A stretch of 64,000 nucleotides of DNA from Candidatus Latescibacterota bacterium. Lineage in GTDB: Bacteria > Latescibacterota > UBA2968 > UBA8231. Both the position numbers and the translations under genes were made by a program. A model generated the notes under the pieces. That model was not told the DNA's origin. It was given only the letters and a program-made list of their open reading frames with translations, and searched no databases. The stretch is taken from contig OZ220089.1 in NCBI GenBank assembly GCA_964291625.2, positions 1,440,001-1,504,000 on the forward strand, given 5' to 3'. This document shows positions 46,374 through 56,095 of the stretch, one piece after another. How positions within the stretch are numbered: the stretch's first letter is position 1; each line of letters starts with the position of its first letter.

Positions 46374-47237
46374 ATGGCCAGGAAGAAGCGACCGCAACTC
46401 AAGCTCTGTGCCGCGGCATGGACGCTGACCAACTACCCGTCGGAGGACAAGCAGTGGTCGATTGACCGCAAGGTCCGCGCGGCCAGGGACGCCGGCTTTG
46501 TCGGCTTCAGCGCCGGGGCGGATCCCGAGATCGCCGCGGCCTGCGCCAGGCACGGGCTTCAGCTCGTTGGTGGAGTCGACATCGCCACGGTAGAAGAAGC
46601 GGGGCCGAAACTGGCGGCTTTCAAGGAGGCCGGCGCCAGGCACATCAACGTCCAGCTCTGCGACCACGACACGGCGATTCCCAGGGCGGTGACCGTGGCG
46701 CGGGCGGTGATGCAGGCGGGCAAGGAGCTCGAGCTCAAGCCGGCGATCGAGTGGCATCGCGATACCTGCACCGAGACGCCGGAGAAGGGACTGGCCCTGG
46801 CCGAGCAGTACGAGAAGCGGTACAAGGAGAAGCTGCGCACGAACTTCGACCACTCCCATCCGGCGATCATCAAACAGCTGCGGCCCGAGAGCTTCTGGGA
46901 GCGCATTGCCGAATACCGCCCGGACCTGCTCATGATGAGTGAGCTGATTCACTTTCGCACCTTCACCGGCAGCCATTGCCAGACCCCGATCACCAATGGC
47001 CGCGGCGTGCTGGACGCGGACTTCATCACCTGGCGCGACAACTTCCTCAAGCACCTGCTCTACAACTGGGTCAAGGGACAGCGCGGTGCCACCGAGCTGT
47101 GGGCGGTGGTGGAGCTGGGGCCCAGGGGTTCCGGCTATGCCCTCGACTGCTTTCCGGACGTGTGGAAGGACGCCATCGTCGCCCGCGGCGAGATCGAGAG
47201 GGCCTTCAGAGGCGCGCTGAGGAAAGCGACGCAGTAG
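46374..47237 (+). CDS. Xylose-isomerase-like TIM-barrel protein
   Basis: EWHRDTCTETP, NFDHSH, ELGP; AGGAG Shine-Dalgarno. Confidence 0.75.
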   Translation: MARKKRPQLKLCAAAWTLTNYPSEDKQWSIDRKVRAARDAGFVGFSAGADPEIAAACARHGLQLVGGVDIATVEEAGPKLAAFKEAGARHINVQLCDHDTAIPRAVTVARAVMQAGKELELKPAIEWHRDTCTETPEKGLALAEQYEKRYKEKLRTNFDHSHPAIIKQLRPESFWERIAEYRPDLLMMSELIHFRTFTGSHCQTPITNGRGVLDADFITWRDNFLKHLLYNWVKGQRGATELWAVVELGPRGSGYALDCFPDVWKDAIVARGEIERAFRGALRKATQ

Positions 47238-47238
47238 C

Positions 47239-47487
47239 GACCTGGTGGACCACATCGACTACCTCGTCGGGCTCATCGGTCCGGAGTCCGTGGGAATCAG
47301 CGGCGACTTCGACGGAGGCGGCGGGGTCACCGGATGGGACGATGCGTCCGAGACCTTCAACGTGACGCTCGAGCTGGTGCGCAGGGGCTATACCGAGGAG
47401 GAGATCGGCATGCTCTGGAGCGGAAACCTGCTCAGGGTGCTGGACGAGGTGCAGGCCGTGGCCCGGGAGATCCAGGGCTCCGGATAG
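47239..47487 (+). pseudogene. C-terminal fragment of a membrane dipeptidase (M19)
   Basis: DLVDHIDY...VGISGDFDGGGG...ELVRRGYTEEEI..LWSGNLLRV; begins directly after the previous stop codon. Confidence 0.8.
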
Positions 47488-47526
47488 TTCGCCGGCGGGC
47501 GCTCTTCACGGCCGGATCGCCGAGAC

Positions 47527-48471
47527 ATGGGACGCATGATGGACGGGCCGCTCTTCCTGGGCATCGATGGCGGCGGCAGCAAGCTCCGTATCGCCATCAC
47601 CGACGCGGACCTGCGGCCTCTCGCTTCGCTCGAGAGCGGGCCCGCCAATCCGAGTGCCATCGGACACGACAGCGCCCGGTCCCTCGTACGACACGAGATC
47701 GCCGGCGCCCTGCGGCAGGCGGGCCTCCAGCCGCAGGACATCGCCGCCGCAGGCATCGGCATCGCCGGCGCCTCCAACCTGCACAGCGAGGACTGGCTGC
47801 TCGAGACCGTAACACCGGCGCTGCCCGACGCATTGCTCGTGCCCAGCTCCGATCTCGAGATCGCCCTGGCCGGCTCTCTCGGGCAGCGCCGCGGCATCCT
47901 GCTCCTGGCCGGCACCGGCAGCGCCGTCTATGGCGTCGCGCCAGGCGGTCAGCGCCTGCAGATCGGCGGCTGGGGCTACCTGCTGGGCGATGAAGGCAGC
48001 GGCTACTGGATCGGTTCGCAGCTCCTGCGCCACATCACTGCGCGGCACGACCGGGGCGCCTCGAGCGAGGAGGACGCGCTCTCCCGCGCGTGCATGGATG
48101 TCCTTGGCCTGGCGGGTCCGCGCGAGCTGATCGCCTGGCTCTACAGGTCCAAAGAGGCGCCGGCCACGCGGATAGCAGGCCTCGCCGAGCTCGTTCTCGA
48201 CGCGGCGGCGGACGGCAGCGAGTGGGCTGCGATCTGCGTTGATTCGGCGGCCGGGCAACTCACCCGGCAGGTCGATCTGATGCGGTCGCGCCTCGACTAC
48301 GGGAGCGCGCCCATCGCTTTCGCCGGCGGCCTGCTCGACAACGACAACGCCCTCTCGCAGCGGGTGACCCAACGCCTGGGTCTGCCACGGCGGCCCACGG
48401 CCAGGCACTCGCCGGTCATCGGCGCCGCACTGCTGGCGACAATGGCCTGGCGTGCAAGAGGAGCGACCTGA
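47527..48471 (+). CDS. BadF/BadG/BcrA/BcrD-type sugar kinase (N-acetylglucosamine/muramate kinase-like)
   Basis: LGIDGGGSK, AGTGS, GGWGYLLGDEGSGYWIG. Confidence 0.9.
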   Translation: MGRMMDGPLFLGIDGGGSKLRIAITDADLRPLASLESGPANPSAIGHDSARSLVRHEIAGALRQAGLQPQDIAAAGIGIAGASNLHSEDWLLETVTPALPDALLVPSSDLEIALAGSLGQRRGILLLAGTGSAVYGVAPGGQRLQIGGWGYLLGDEGSGYWIGSQLLRHITARHDRGASSEEDALSRACMDVLGLAGPRELIAWLYRSKEAPATRIAGLAELVLDAAADGSEWAAICVDSAAGQLTRQVDLMRSRLDYGSAPIAFAGGLLDNDNALSQRVTQRLGLPRRPTARHSPVIGAALLATMAWRARGAT

Positions 48472-48474
48472 CCC

Positions 48475-49920
48475 TCATCCCTTGGGGAAATGGGGCAGCT
48501 CGAGACCGGATATGTGTTGCAGGATGCGGATCACTTGGGCCCCGTACCCGTACTCGTTGTCGTACCACACGTACAGCACGCAGCGTCGGCCCTGGGTGAT
48601 GGTCGCTCCCGAGTCGACGATACCGGCTCTCTCACTGCCGACGAAGTCGCTCGATACGACCTCGGGCGAGCTGGTGTAATCGATCTGGCCCCCCAGGGGC
48701 ACATCGAGGGAGATATCCCGCAGGTAGGTATTGATCTCCTCGGTGCCGACGGCCCGTTCCAGGTTCAGGTTCAGTATGGCGAGGGAGACATTGGGAGTGG
48801 GCACGCGGATGGCATTGGCCGTGACCCTGCCCTCGAGTTCCGGCAGGACCTTGGCCACGGCGCTGGCCGCCCCGGTGTCCGTTATGACCATGTTCAGCGG
48901 TGCGCCGCGCCCCCGCCGCTCGTGCCTGTGATAGTTGTCGATGAGATTCTGGTCGTTGGTGTAGGAGTGGCAGGTCTCGATGTGGACGCTGGTGATGCCG
49001 TAGCGATCATGCACGACCTTGAGTACCGGCGTGATGGCATTGGTGGTACAGCTGCCGGCGGAGAGGATCCGTTCTTCCTCGACAATGCAGTCGTTGTTGA
49101 TGCCGTAGACGATATTGGGAACATCGCCCTTGCCGGGTGCGGTGAGGACGACCTTGGCGACCCCCGGGGCCCGGAGGTGGCGCTCGAGGCCCTCGCGGTC
49201 CCGCCAGACACCGGTGTTGTCGAGGACAATGGCGTTCTCGATGCCGTAGGTGCTGTAGTCCACGTCCTCCGGGGTATCCGAATGGAGGAGGCGGATCATG
49301 TTGCCATTGGCGACGATGGCGTTCTCTTCCCGGTCCATGACGATGGTCCCTCGGAAGGGGCCGTGAATGGAGTCTCGACGCAGCAGACTGGCCCGCTTCA
49401 CCAGGTCGTCCTCCGAGCCCGTGCGCACCACCACGGCCCGCAGCCGCCACTTGTCGCCCCCGCCGCTGCGTGCGATCAGGATCCGCGCCAGTATGCGTCC
49501 GACCCGGCCGAAGCCGTAGAGCACCACGTCCTGCGGCTTTCCCGACAGCGTCTTCCCGCCATGGATTTCAGCCAGTTCCCGGCGCAGGAAAGCGTCCACA
49601 TCCCCCTTCGCGCTACTCTCCTGGAACCTGGTGGTCAACTTGCCGATATCTATCCGCGTGGGGGCCAGGTTCAGCCGGGACAGGCCCTGGAGGACCGCAA
49701 AGCTCGAAGACATGCAGAGCTCGTCCGTGATCACCTGGCGGGCAAAGCGATGAGCCTTGAGGATGTCGATCGCGGAGTTGTGCACCAGGGAGCGGCCGTA
49801 GATCGTGGTGACCACGCCGGAATCCCGATAGAGCTTGCCGATGAGCGGGACCATGGACTCGGCGACCTCTTCCCGCCTGGCCCAATCGGCAAAGTAGCTT
49901 TCCATCTTCTCGTCGATCAT
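48475..49920 (-). CDS. gap: Glyceraldehyde-3-phosphate dehydrogenase, long form with N-terminal extension
   Basis: LYGFGRVGR, SAGSCTTNA, AIRVPTPNVS, WYDNEYGY. Confidence 0.93.
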   Translation of the reverse strand: MIDEKMESYFADWARREEVAESMVPLIGKLYRDSGVVTTIYGRSLVHNSAIDILKAHRFARQVITDELCMSSSFAVLQGLSRLNLAPTRIDIGKLTTRFQESSAKGDVDAFLRRELAEIHGGKTLSGKPQDVVLYGFGRVGRILARILIARSGGGDKWRLRAVVVRTGSEDDLVKRASLLRRDSIHGPFRGTIVMDREENAIVANGNMIRLLHSDTPEDVDYSTYGIENAIVLDNTGVWRDREGLERHLRAPGVAKVVLTAPGKGDVPNIVYGINNDCIVEEERILSAGSCTTNAITPVLKVVHDRYGITSVHIETCHSYTNDQNLIDNYHRHERRGRGAPLNMVITDTGAASAVAKVLPELEGRVTANAIRVPTPNVSLAILNLNLERAVGTEEINTYLRDISLDVPLGGQIDYTSSPEVVSSDFVGSERAGIVDSGATITQGRRCVLYVWYDNEYGYGAQVIRILQHISGLELPHFPKG

Positions 49921-50017
49921 CTCTCCCCCGGCGTCAGCGCAGCGCACCCGCTGCGGCAAGGTTCGTGAGAGGGGCGCGCCCCCGGCCCTCTTTCCCCCCG
50001 TAAGGAGGCTTGCGCAC

Positions 50018-51166
50018 ATGGAGTCGAAAGAACAGATCGCTGGTCGGCCAGAGCTCGTTCGTTGGCTTGCCGTTGTGGCGTCCATATACGTGCTGCTCGT
50101 GGCCGTTGGCCTGATCGGCAAGGGTTTTCGCATGGAGTTCGGCGATGCGGAGGGCGTCGAGTCCCTGTTCGCACTTGCCACGAACCCCTTCGTCGGACTG
50201 GTTCTCGGCATACTGGCGACGGCATTGCTCCAGTCTTCCAGCACCGTCACATCGATCATCGTCGGTCTTGTAGCGGGGGGAATGCCCATTGCCATGGCCA
50301 TACCCATGGTGATGGGTGCCAATGTGGGGACGACGATCACCAACACGCTCGTCAGTTTCGGTCACGTGGGCCGATCGGGGGAATTCCGAAGGGCCTTTGC
50401 CGCCGCTACCATACACGACTTCTTCAATCTCCTGAGCATCCTGATATTCCTGCCGCTGGAACTCGCATTCGGTCTCATCGAAAGACTGAGCGGCGTGTTG
50501 ACCCATATCATCGAGAACATCGGCTCTGTCGATGCAGGGGGAAAGGGCATCGTCAAGGTCGTCATCGGTTTCGGTACCGGCCTTGTAGAGTCCCTGACAT
50601 CCTCCCTCCCCGACGTGTGGGAGGGTCTGGTGCTGATCGTCGCAGGAGTCGCGCTCATTCTGCTCTCGATCACGTATCTGGGAGCTGCGCTGAAGAGCGT
50701 ATTCGTGGGCAGGGCCCGGAAGTTCCTGCAGGCAGCCGTCGGCAAGGGGCCGATCGCCGGCGTATGTTCCGGCACTGTCGTTACCGTGCTCGTGCAGTCG
50801 TCCTCGACCACCACGAGCCTCATCGTGCCCCTGGCAGGATCAGGCGTGGTCGGACTGCGTCATGTCTACCCGTTCACGCTCGGAGCCAACATCGGGACGA
50901 CGATCACCGCCCTTCTCGCCGCAACCGCGATCACCGGTGCCACCCATGCCGTGGCACACCAGATCGCCATCGCGCACTTCCTCTACAATCTGCTTGGCGT
51001 TGTCGTCATCTATGGCATCCCCTGGCTGCGGGAGATACCGATCGCGGGAGCCGAGTGGCTTGCAGGACTGGGAAGTGAACGGAAGTGGTTGGCCATCGTC
51101 TACATCCTCGGTGCATTCTTCGGCATTCCGGGAGCGCTCGTGTTTGCCAGTGCATGGCTGTCCTGA
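50018..51166 (+). CDS. Na+/Pi symporter (NptA/SLC34-like)
   Basis: Two QSSS...GAN(V/I)GTT repeats; AAGGAGG Shine-Dalgarno. Confidence 0.92.
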   Translation: MESKEQIAGRPELVRWLAVVASIYVLLVAVGLIGKGFRMEFGDAEGVESLFALATNPFVGLVLGILATALLQSSSTVTSIIVGLVAGGMPIAMAIPMVMGANVGTTITNTLVSFGHVGRSGEFRRAFAAATIHDFFNLLSILIFLPLELAFGLIERLSGVLTHIIENIGSVDAGGKGIVKVVIGFGTGLVESLTSSLPDVWEGLVLIVAGVALILLSITYLGAALKSVFVGRARKFLQAAVGKGPIAGVCSGTVVTVLVQSSSTTTSLIVPLAGSGVVGLRHVYPFTLGANIGTTITALLAATAITGATHAVAHQIAIAHFLYNLLGVVVIYGIPWLREIPIAGAEWLAGLGSERKWLAIVYILGAFFGIPGALVFASAWLS

Positions 51167-51216
51167 GGGCCGCGGGCTATTGGCGACCCGGTCGCCTGCG
51201 GCGAGCCGAGCGATAG

Positions 51217-51244
51217 AAAACCGCGAGCCTTCGGTCGCGGCTAC
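51217..51244 (-). terminator. Intrinsic terminator-like hairpin between convergent genes
   Basis: Minus strand GTAG-CCGCGA-CCGAAGGC-TCGCGG-TTTT. Confidence 0.55.
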
Positions 51245-51261
51245 CGCACGTTGACGAGCGT

Positions 51262-53340
51262 TCACCGGGTCGCGCCCCCGGCCGCGGCTCCCATCACCTC
51301 GCGCCGCGCCAGGTTCGCCTCCACCTCGGCGCGGGTGCGCCACACCGGCCGCAGCTCCTGCCGCGCCATCAGCTCCAACTGGTCCCCCACGTGCGGCGAC
51401 CCCGGCTGGCTGGCGTTGCCGTAGCCCAGCAGCGTCCGGGCCCGCACCGGGTCGCCGAACTCCACCACGGCCACGAAGGAGTCGCCGCCGCGCGCCCAGG
51501 AGCGGCCGTCCGGCCCCCGGCGGAACCAGATGGTGCGGAATCCGCGGCCGCCGCTGGCCGGCAGGTCCCGGTCCCCGAGGCGCAGGCGGTGGACCTCGCC
51601 CCAGGCGACGTCGAGGGCCCCGTGGACATCGATCACCTGCACGGCCGCCATCTCCAGGGCCGCCACCGCGGCCTCGGGATCGGCCAGTCCGGAGGGCGTG
51701 CCCAGGGGGTCGTCCACCCGCCAGGGGGTGAGGAAGGGGCGGCCTCCCGTCTGGGCGAACCACGCGTCGAACAGAACCGCGCCGCGGCTGTCCGCGTCCA
51801 CTCGCCGGTCCCACGCCGCCAGCACCGCCGCGGCGGGCTTTACCGCGTCGCCGCCGTGCTCCACCACGGCCCGCAGCAGGTCGTCGAGGACGCGGTCGGC
51901 CGCCTCGCGGCGGGTCGAGTGCTTGTAGGCGATCAGCTCCTCGAAGGTGATCGACTCGTCCTCGCTCAGCATGCGCACCGACCGCTGTTGCCGGAACCCC
52001 AGGCGGGGGGCCGGCGCCAGGTAGGGCGGGAAGTCCGCCGGGTCGAGCAGGGAGGGCACCGTCGCCGTCCACGGCGGGTCGTTGGCGTTCTGCAGCCAGC
52101 CGCCGGGCGGGTCGAGCAGGCGCGGCAGCTCGTCGTAGTCGTGGCACTCCGTCCACAGGGTGGCCGAGGTGTTCCCCGGGACCAGGCCCTGCCACCAGGC
52201 CCGGTCCCCGTGGGGCCGGCGCGGGGTGCAGCCGCCGAAGAGATAGAGGACGTGGCCGTCGCGGTCGGCGTAGAGGACGTTGAAGAAGGGCATCTGCAGG
52301 CGCCGCAGGGCCGCCTCGAACTCCTCCAGCGAGGTGGCCCGGACCATCTCCCAGTACTGCTCCATGAGGTAGGGGCGGTCGAGGCCCGCCAGGCGCAGGG
52401 CGACCGCCCGGTCCTGCTTCCGGGCGAGGACGGGTCCGTGGACTGAGCGCAGTAACGTCAGGGGCACCGCCGCCAGCGTGCCGTCCTCCTGCCGCACGCG
52501 CAGGGTGTCCAGGCTCTGCTCGAAGGCCCGCACGCCGCCGTCCCAGCGGTAGCCGCCTTCCACCAGCTCAAGCTCGTAGAGGTCGGCGCCGTCCATGGGG
52601 TTGTTGGTGTGGGTCCAGCCGAGGTAGTCGTTGAAGGCGATGCCGAGCAGCGGAAAGCCGACCAGGGCGGCCCCGTACGCGTCCACCCCCGGCGCCCGCA
52701 GCTGCGCCTCGAACCAGGTCGTCATGCCGCCCCAGGGCAGGTGCGGGTTGGCCAGCAGCATGGCATGGCCGCTGGCCGAGCGGGAGGGCGCCACGGCCCA
52801 GGCGTTGGAGCCGGCTCCCTGCCAGCTCATCGCCGCCCGGGGCTGGCCGCCGGCGACGAAGGAGAGGTGGATCACCCGCTGCACGTGGGCGACGATGTCC
52901 TCGGGCCCCACCGGCAGCACCTGCCGCCGGCCGGCGTCGAGCCGCTCCGGCCAGGCCCGGGCGTAGTCGTTGATGCCGGCGGCGAAGGCGTCGAGGCCGG
53001 CGCGCATCGGGGGGCCCTGGGCCGCGTACCAGTCGCGGGCCCGGGCGGGCACCCCCATGGCGCGGACGTACCGGTCCCCTTCCAGATGGCCGGGCCCCCA
53101 GTACTCGGCGGCCCGTCCCCGCGCCTGCCCGTAGAGCTCCAGCAGCAGGTCGCCGTGGGCGGCCATCTGGGCCCAGCCGAAGGCGTGGAACAGCCCCGGC
53201 GCGTCGGCGGCGAAGATGTGGGGCACGCCCCAGGTGTCCCACAGGATCTCGGCCGGCGCCGACTCCGAGGGCTTTGCCGCCGGCGCCGGTCCGCAGCCGC
53301 CGATGGCCAGGGTCAGGAGGATCAGCAGGACGAACCTCAT
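51262..53340 (-). CDS. Penicillin/cephalosporin acylase family Ntn-hydrolase (possible lipoprotein)
   Basis: WDTWGVPHI, GSNAWAV (catalytic Ser), LLANPH, QNANDPPW; lipobox-like IGGC. Confidence 0.92.
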   Translation of the reverse strand: MRFVLLILLTLAIGGCGPAPAAKPSESAPAEILWDTWGVPHIFAADAPGLFHAFGWAQMAAHGDLLLELYGQARGRAAEYWGPGHLEGDRYVRAMGVPARARDWYAAQGPPMRAGLDAFAAGINDYARAWPERLDAGRRQVLPVGPEDIVAHVQRVIHLSFVAGGQPRAAMSWQGAGSNAWAVAPSRSASGHAMLLANPHLPWGGMTTWFEAQLRAPGVDAYGAALVGFPLLGIAFNDYLGWTHTNNPMDGADLYELELVEGGYRWDGGVRAFEQSLDTLRVRQEDGTLAAVPLTLLRSVHGPVLARKQDRAVALRLAGLDRPYLMEQYWEMVRATSLEEFEAALRRLQMPFFNVLYADRDGHVLYLFGGCTPRRPHGDRAWWQGLVPGNTSATLWTECHDYDELPRLLDPPGGWLQNANDPPWTATVPSLLDPADFPPYLAPAPRLGFRQQRSVRMLSEDESITFEELIAYKHSTRREAADRVLDDLLRAVVEHGGDAVKPAAAVLAAWDRRVDADSRGAVLFDAWFAQTGGRPFLTPWRVDDPLGTPSGLADPEAAVAALEMAAVQVIDVHGALDVAWGEVHRLRLGDRDLPASGGRGFRTIWFRRGPDGRSWARGGDSFVAVVEFGDPVRARTLLGYGNASQPGSPHVGDQLELMARQELRPVWRTRAEVEANLARREVMGAAAGGATR

Positions 53341-53475
53341 CGCAGGTCTCCCGGTTGCGGCGAGGTCTGCCTTCCGCTGGGCCGGCCCTGGCCGCCTTGT
53401 GGGCCAACTCGCCGTGCGGGTCGATCTCGCGCCCACGCTGATGCCCTGCCGGGGCGCATCGCGCTCCGCTCAGGC

Positions 53476-54807
53476 TCAGTCCCCGCCGTCATCCAGCTCG
53501 GCCAGACGGCGGCGCTGCCCCGCCAGGTCGACGCCCAAGGCGAGGAAGACGACGACGGCGGTCAAGGCGGCCGGGACGAGGAACAGGTTCGGGTAGGAGA
53601 GAACGGCCTCCAGGGGCCCCAGCAACGCGTTGCCCGACGACGTCCCCATGTTGGAGATCGCCATGTACAGGGAGAACTGGGTGGCGCCCACCCGCTGCCA
53701 GCAGATGGCCATCATCAGCGACAGGAAGGCGATGATGACGAGCACGTCGATCAGCAGGTAGCCGGCGATGTAGGCCTGGGCCGGCAGCTCGTGCTCCCAC
53801 AGCTCGGGCATCAGGCCCATGGCCACCGAGCCCAGGCCGAGCAGGGCGGCGCCGACGGCGATCGTGCGCTGCCGGCCGAGGACCTCGATCAGCATCCAGC
53901 CCGTGAGCGCGCCGGTGATGGCGGAGGCGAAGCCGGCGGTGGCGTTGAGCCCGGAGTACTCGGTGTGGTCCCACCCCAGCTCCTGCACGGTGAACACCGG
54001 CAGCAGGGCGTCGAGGAATCCGGTCCCCAGGCTGAAGAGGAACATGCAGGCCGCCGCCCGCAGGCTGACGGGCCACACGACGACCTTCAGCAGGCTCCGT
54101 CCGATGTCCCGCCAGCCCTCCAGCTGCAGGTGGCGGGCGATCTCCGACGCCTGCCCCCGGGTCCACGGCAGCAGGCGCTCGCCCGGGCGCTCCCGGAGCA
54201 GCAGGGGCACGAGCATCACCACGCCCACCGCCGCGGTGTGGGCCACCATGGCGCCCGCCAGGCCGTAGCCGTCCAGCAGCAAGGAGCCGCCGTAGACGGC
54301 CCCGGACTTGCCCAGGGCCTTGCCGCCCCACATGAAGCTGTTGGCCCGCGGTTGCTCGTCCACCGGGACGATCTCGATCGCCATGCCGTCGGTGGCCACG
54401 TCCTGGAAGGCGGTGAAGAAGTTGATGGCGAAGCCGCAGGCCGTGAGCAGGGCGAGATGCTCGAGCGGATCGGGCACCAGGGCCAGGGCCAGCGAGGTGC
54501 CGATCATCCCCGCCTGGGCGGCCAGCACCCACGGACGGCGGCGGCCCATGGCCAGAAAAGTCCAGCGGTCCATGATGGGGCCGTTGATCAGCTTCAGGCT
54601 CCAGGGCAGCAGGATGATGGCCATGTACGAGCCGATCTGCGCCGGGCTGAGTCCCTGCTGGGCCATGTAGGCCGGCACGGCGACGGAGAGCAGACCGTAG
54701 GGGAATCCCTGGGCGGCGTAGAGAAGGGTGAGGGCCGCGTAGCGGAGCAGGCTGTGCTCGGAGAGCACCGCACCCGGGGCGGCTCGTGCCAGAGTCTGAC
54801 TGGTCAC
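53476..54807 (-). CDS. AmpG/RhtX/FptX-type MFS transporter
   Basis: LYAAQGFP, LPWSLK, GRRRPW, QDVATDG, ATQFSLY. Confidence 0.88.
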   Translation of the reverse strand: MTSQTLARAAPGAVLSEHSLLRYAALTLLYAAQGFPYGLLSVAVPAYMAQQGLSPAQIGSYMAIILLPWSLKLINGPIMDRWTFLAMGRRRPWVLAAQAGMIGTSLALALVPDPLEHLALLTACGFAINFFTAFQDVATDGMAIEIVPVDEQPRANSFMWGGKALGKSGAVYGGSLLLDGYGLAGAMVAHTAAVGVVMLVPLLLRERPGERLLPWTRGQASEIARHLQLEGWRDIGRSLLKVVVWPVSLRAAACMFLFSLGTGFLDALLPVFTVQELGWDHTEYSGLNATAGFASAITGALTGWMLIEVLGRQRTIAVGAALLGLGSVAMGLMPELWEHELPAQAYIAGYLLIDVLVIIAFLSLMMAICWQRVGATQFSLYMAISNMGTSSGNALLGPLEAVLSYPNLFLVPAALTAVVVFLALGVDLAGQRRRLAELDDGGD

Positions 54808-55647
54808 CTAGACCGCCGTGTTCGCCTCGTCGCGGTACTGGTTGATGCCGGGGACCTCGCTCATGCCGTGCCAGACGCCGCGGAACAGGGTCTGGCGCTT
54901 CGGCGGCATGGCGGCGATCACCTCCGGCGCCGGCCGTCCCTTGCCCCACTTGGCGTTCACCGTGTTGTAGCAGGTGAACAGGCTCAGCCGCGGGTTGGCG
55001 CCCGTCCACCGGGTCCCCGAGTGGCACAGGGCCTCGGTGAAGATCAGGGCCGATCCCGCGGGACAGCCGTAGGTCTCCCACACGGGGCTGTCCCGTCCGC
55101 TCAGCCCCTCGGGCCGCGGGAAGGCCGTCTTGTGGCTGCCCGACAGGAGCAGGGTGCCGCCCCCGCCGTGGACGACCTCGTTCAGCTCCCACACGACCCG
55201 CGTGAGCCCGGCATGCACCTTGCCGGGCAGCATCTGGTAGATGTGGGAGTTGCCCTCGAAGTTGAAGTAGCCGCCGCCCCCGTGGGGGTTGAAGTTGTCG
55301 TGGCCCTTCTCGCGGAAGCTGGTGTAGGTGTGGTCGTAGCGGAAGCCGTAGCAGTCGGCCGTGGCCAGGGCTTGGTGCGACAGGATCTCGTTGAGGACGC
55401 CCACCACGGCCGGATGGTCCACCAGCACCTGCGACGGGCCTCCGTGGTTGTCCCGCTCCTCGGGCGGCAGCGACTCCCGGTCCTTCAGGAACCGCATCTG
55501 GTGCTCCCGGATCGGACCGAGCTGCTCCGCCGTCAGCAGCGACGGCAGCAGCAGCCACCCCTTCAGGTCGAAGAAGTAGCGCTGCTCGTCGGTCATGGGC
55601 ACCACGGGCAGGCCGTCGGCGTTCGTGTCCGGCAGAAGCCCCGTCAT
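54808..55647 (-). CDS. PhyH-family Fe/2OG oxygenase with an HxG motif
   Basis: EQRYFFDLKGW, NPHGGG, GSHK, IFTEALCHSG..W...R. Confidence 0.85.
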   Translation of the reverse strand: MTGLLPDTNADGLPVVPMTDEQRYFFDLKGWLLLPSLLTAEQLGPIREHQMRFLKDRESLPPEERDNHGGPSQVLVDHPAVVGVLNEILSHQALATADCYGFRYDHTYTSFREKGHDNFNPHGGGGYFNFEGNSHIYQMLPGKVHAGLTRVVWELNEVVHGGGGTLLLSGSHKTAFPRPEGLSGRDSPVWETYGCPAGSALIFTEALCHSGTRWTGANPRLSLFTCYNTVNAKWGKGRPAPEVIAAMPPKRQTLFRGVWHGMSEVPGINQYRDEANTAV

Positions 55648-55669
55648 CCCTCGTCTCCCGTCAACTGTA

Positions 55670-55879
55670 TCAGGTTACTCCATGGATGGTTCTCACGTCC
55701 CGCTGGAGATCCTCTAGGTCGTACTGGACCGGCACCTTCCTGGCGCGAGCGTAGTCCATCATCTCCCACAGGGACACCCCGGCCTCGCGTGCCGCTCGTG
55801 CAAGGGTGAGCTTCCCATCCTCCCATTCACGGAGCAGCTCCAAGGGGAGCCGGGTCCCCACCATCCGGTCCTTCTTCAT
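55670..55879 (-). pseudogene. Internally shortened UPF0175-family (putative antitoxin) gene
   Basis: MVGTRLP joined almost directly to GKLTLARAAREAGVSLWEM...YDLEDL; no adjacent PIN toxin. Confidence 0.6.
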
Positions 55880-56095
55880 CTGTCGGTCTCCGGGCAAGTC
55901 TCAGGATTTCCGCAACGACGGCTGCGCTGCTCGTCGCGGCGCCGGACGCAACGCCGGGTCGGCCTCGTCGGCGAACCAGGGGTGGTGGGCAAGGTGAAGG
56001 GAGGACCGCAGGCCCTCGGGTGGGTTGGCGTCCGCGCGGTCAGGGGAGCGGAGAAGTCGTCCCCGAGGCGCGCCGGCACCTGCTATCCAGCGGTC

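Noticed and set aside
51221-51244. GTAG-family REP element
   Set aside because: Only one copy seen and no RAYT transposase; adequately explained as a terminator.
52609-55809. 1066-aa plus-strand ORF (likewise 15010-17166, 18940-20961, 35333-37153 and 58066-60627)
   Set aside because: Shadow frames opposite well-supported genes; low-complexity Arg/Gly/Pro/Ala-rich translations.
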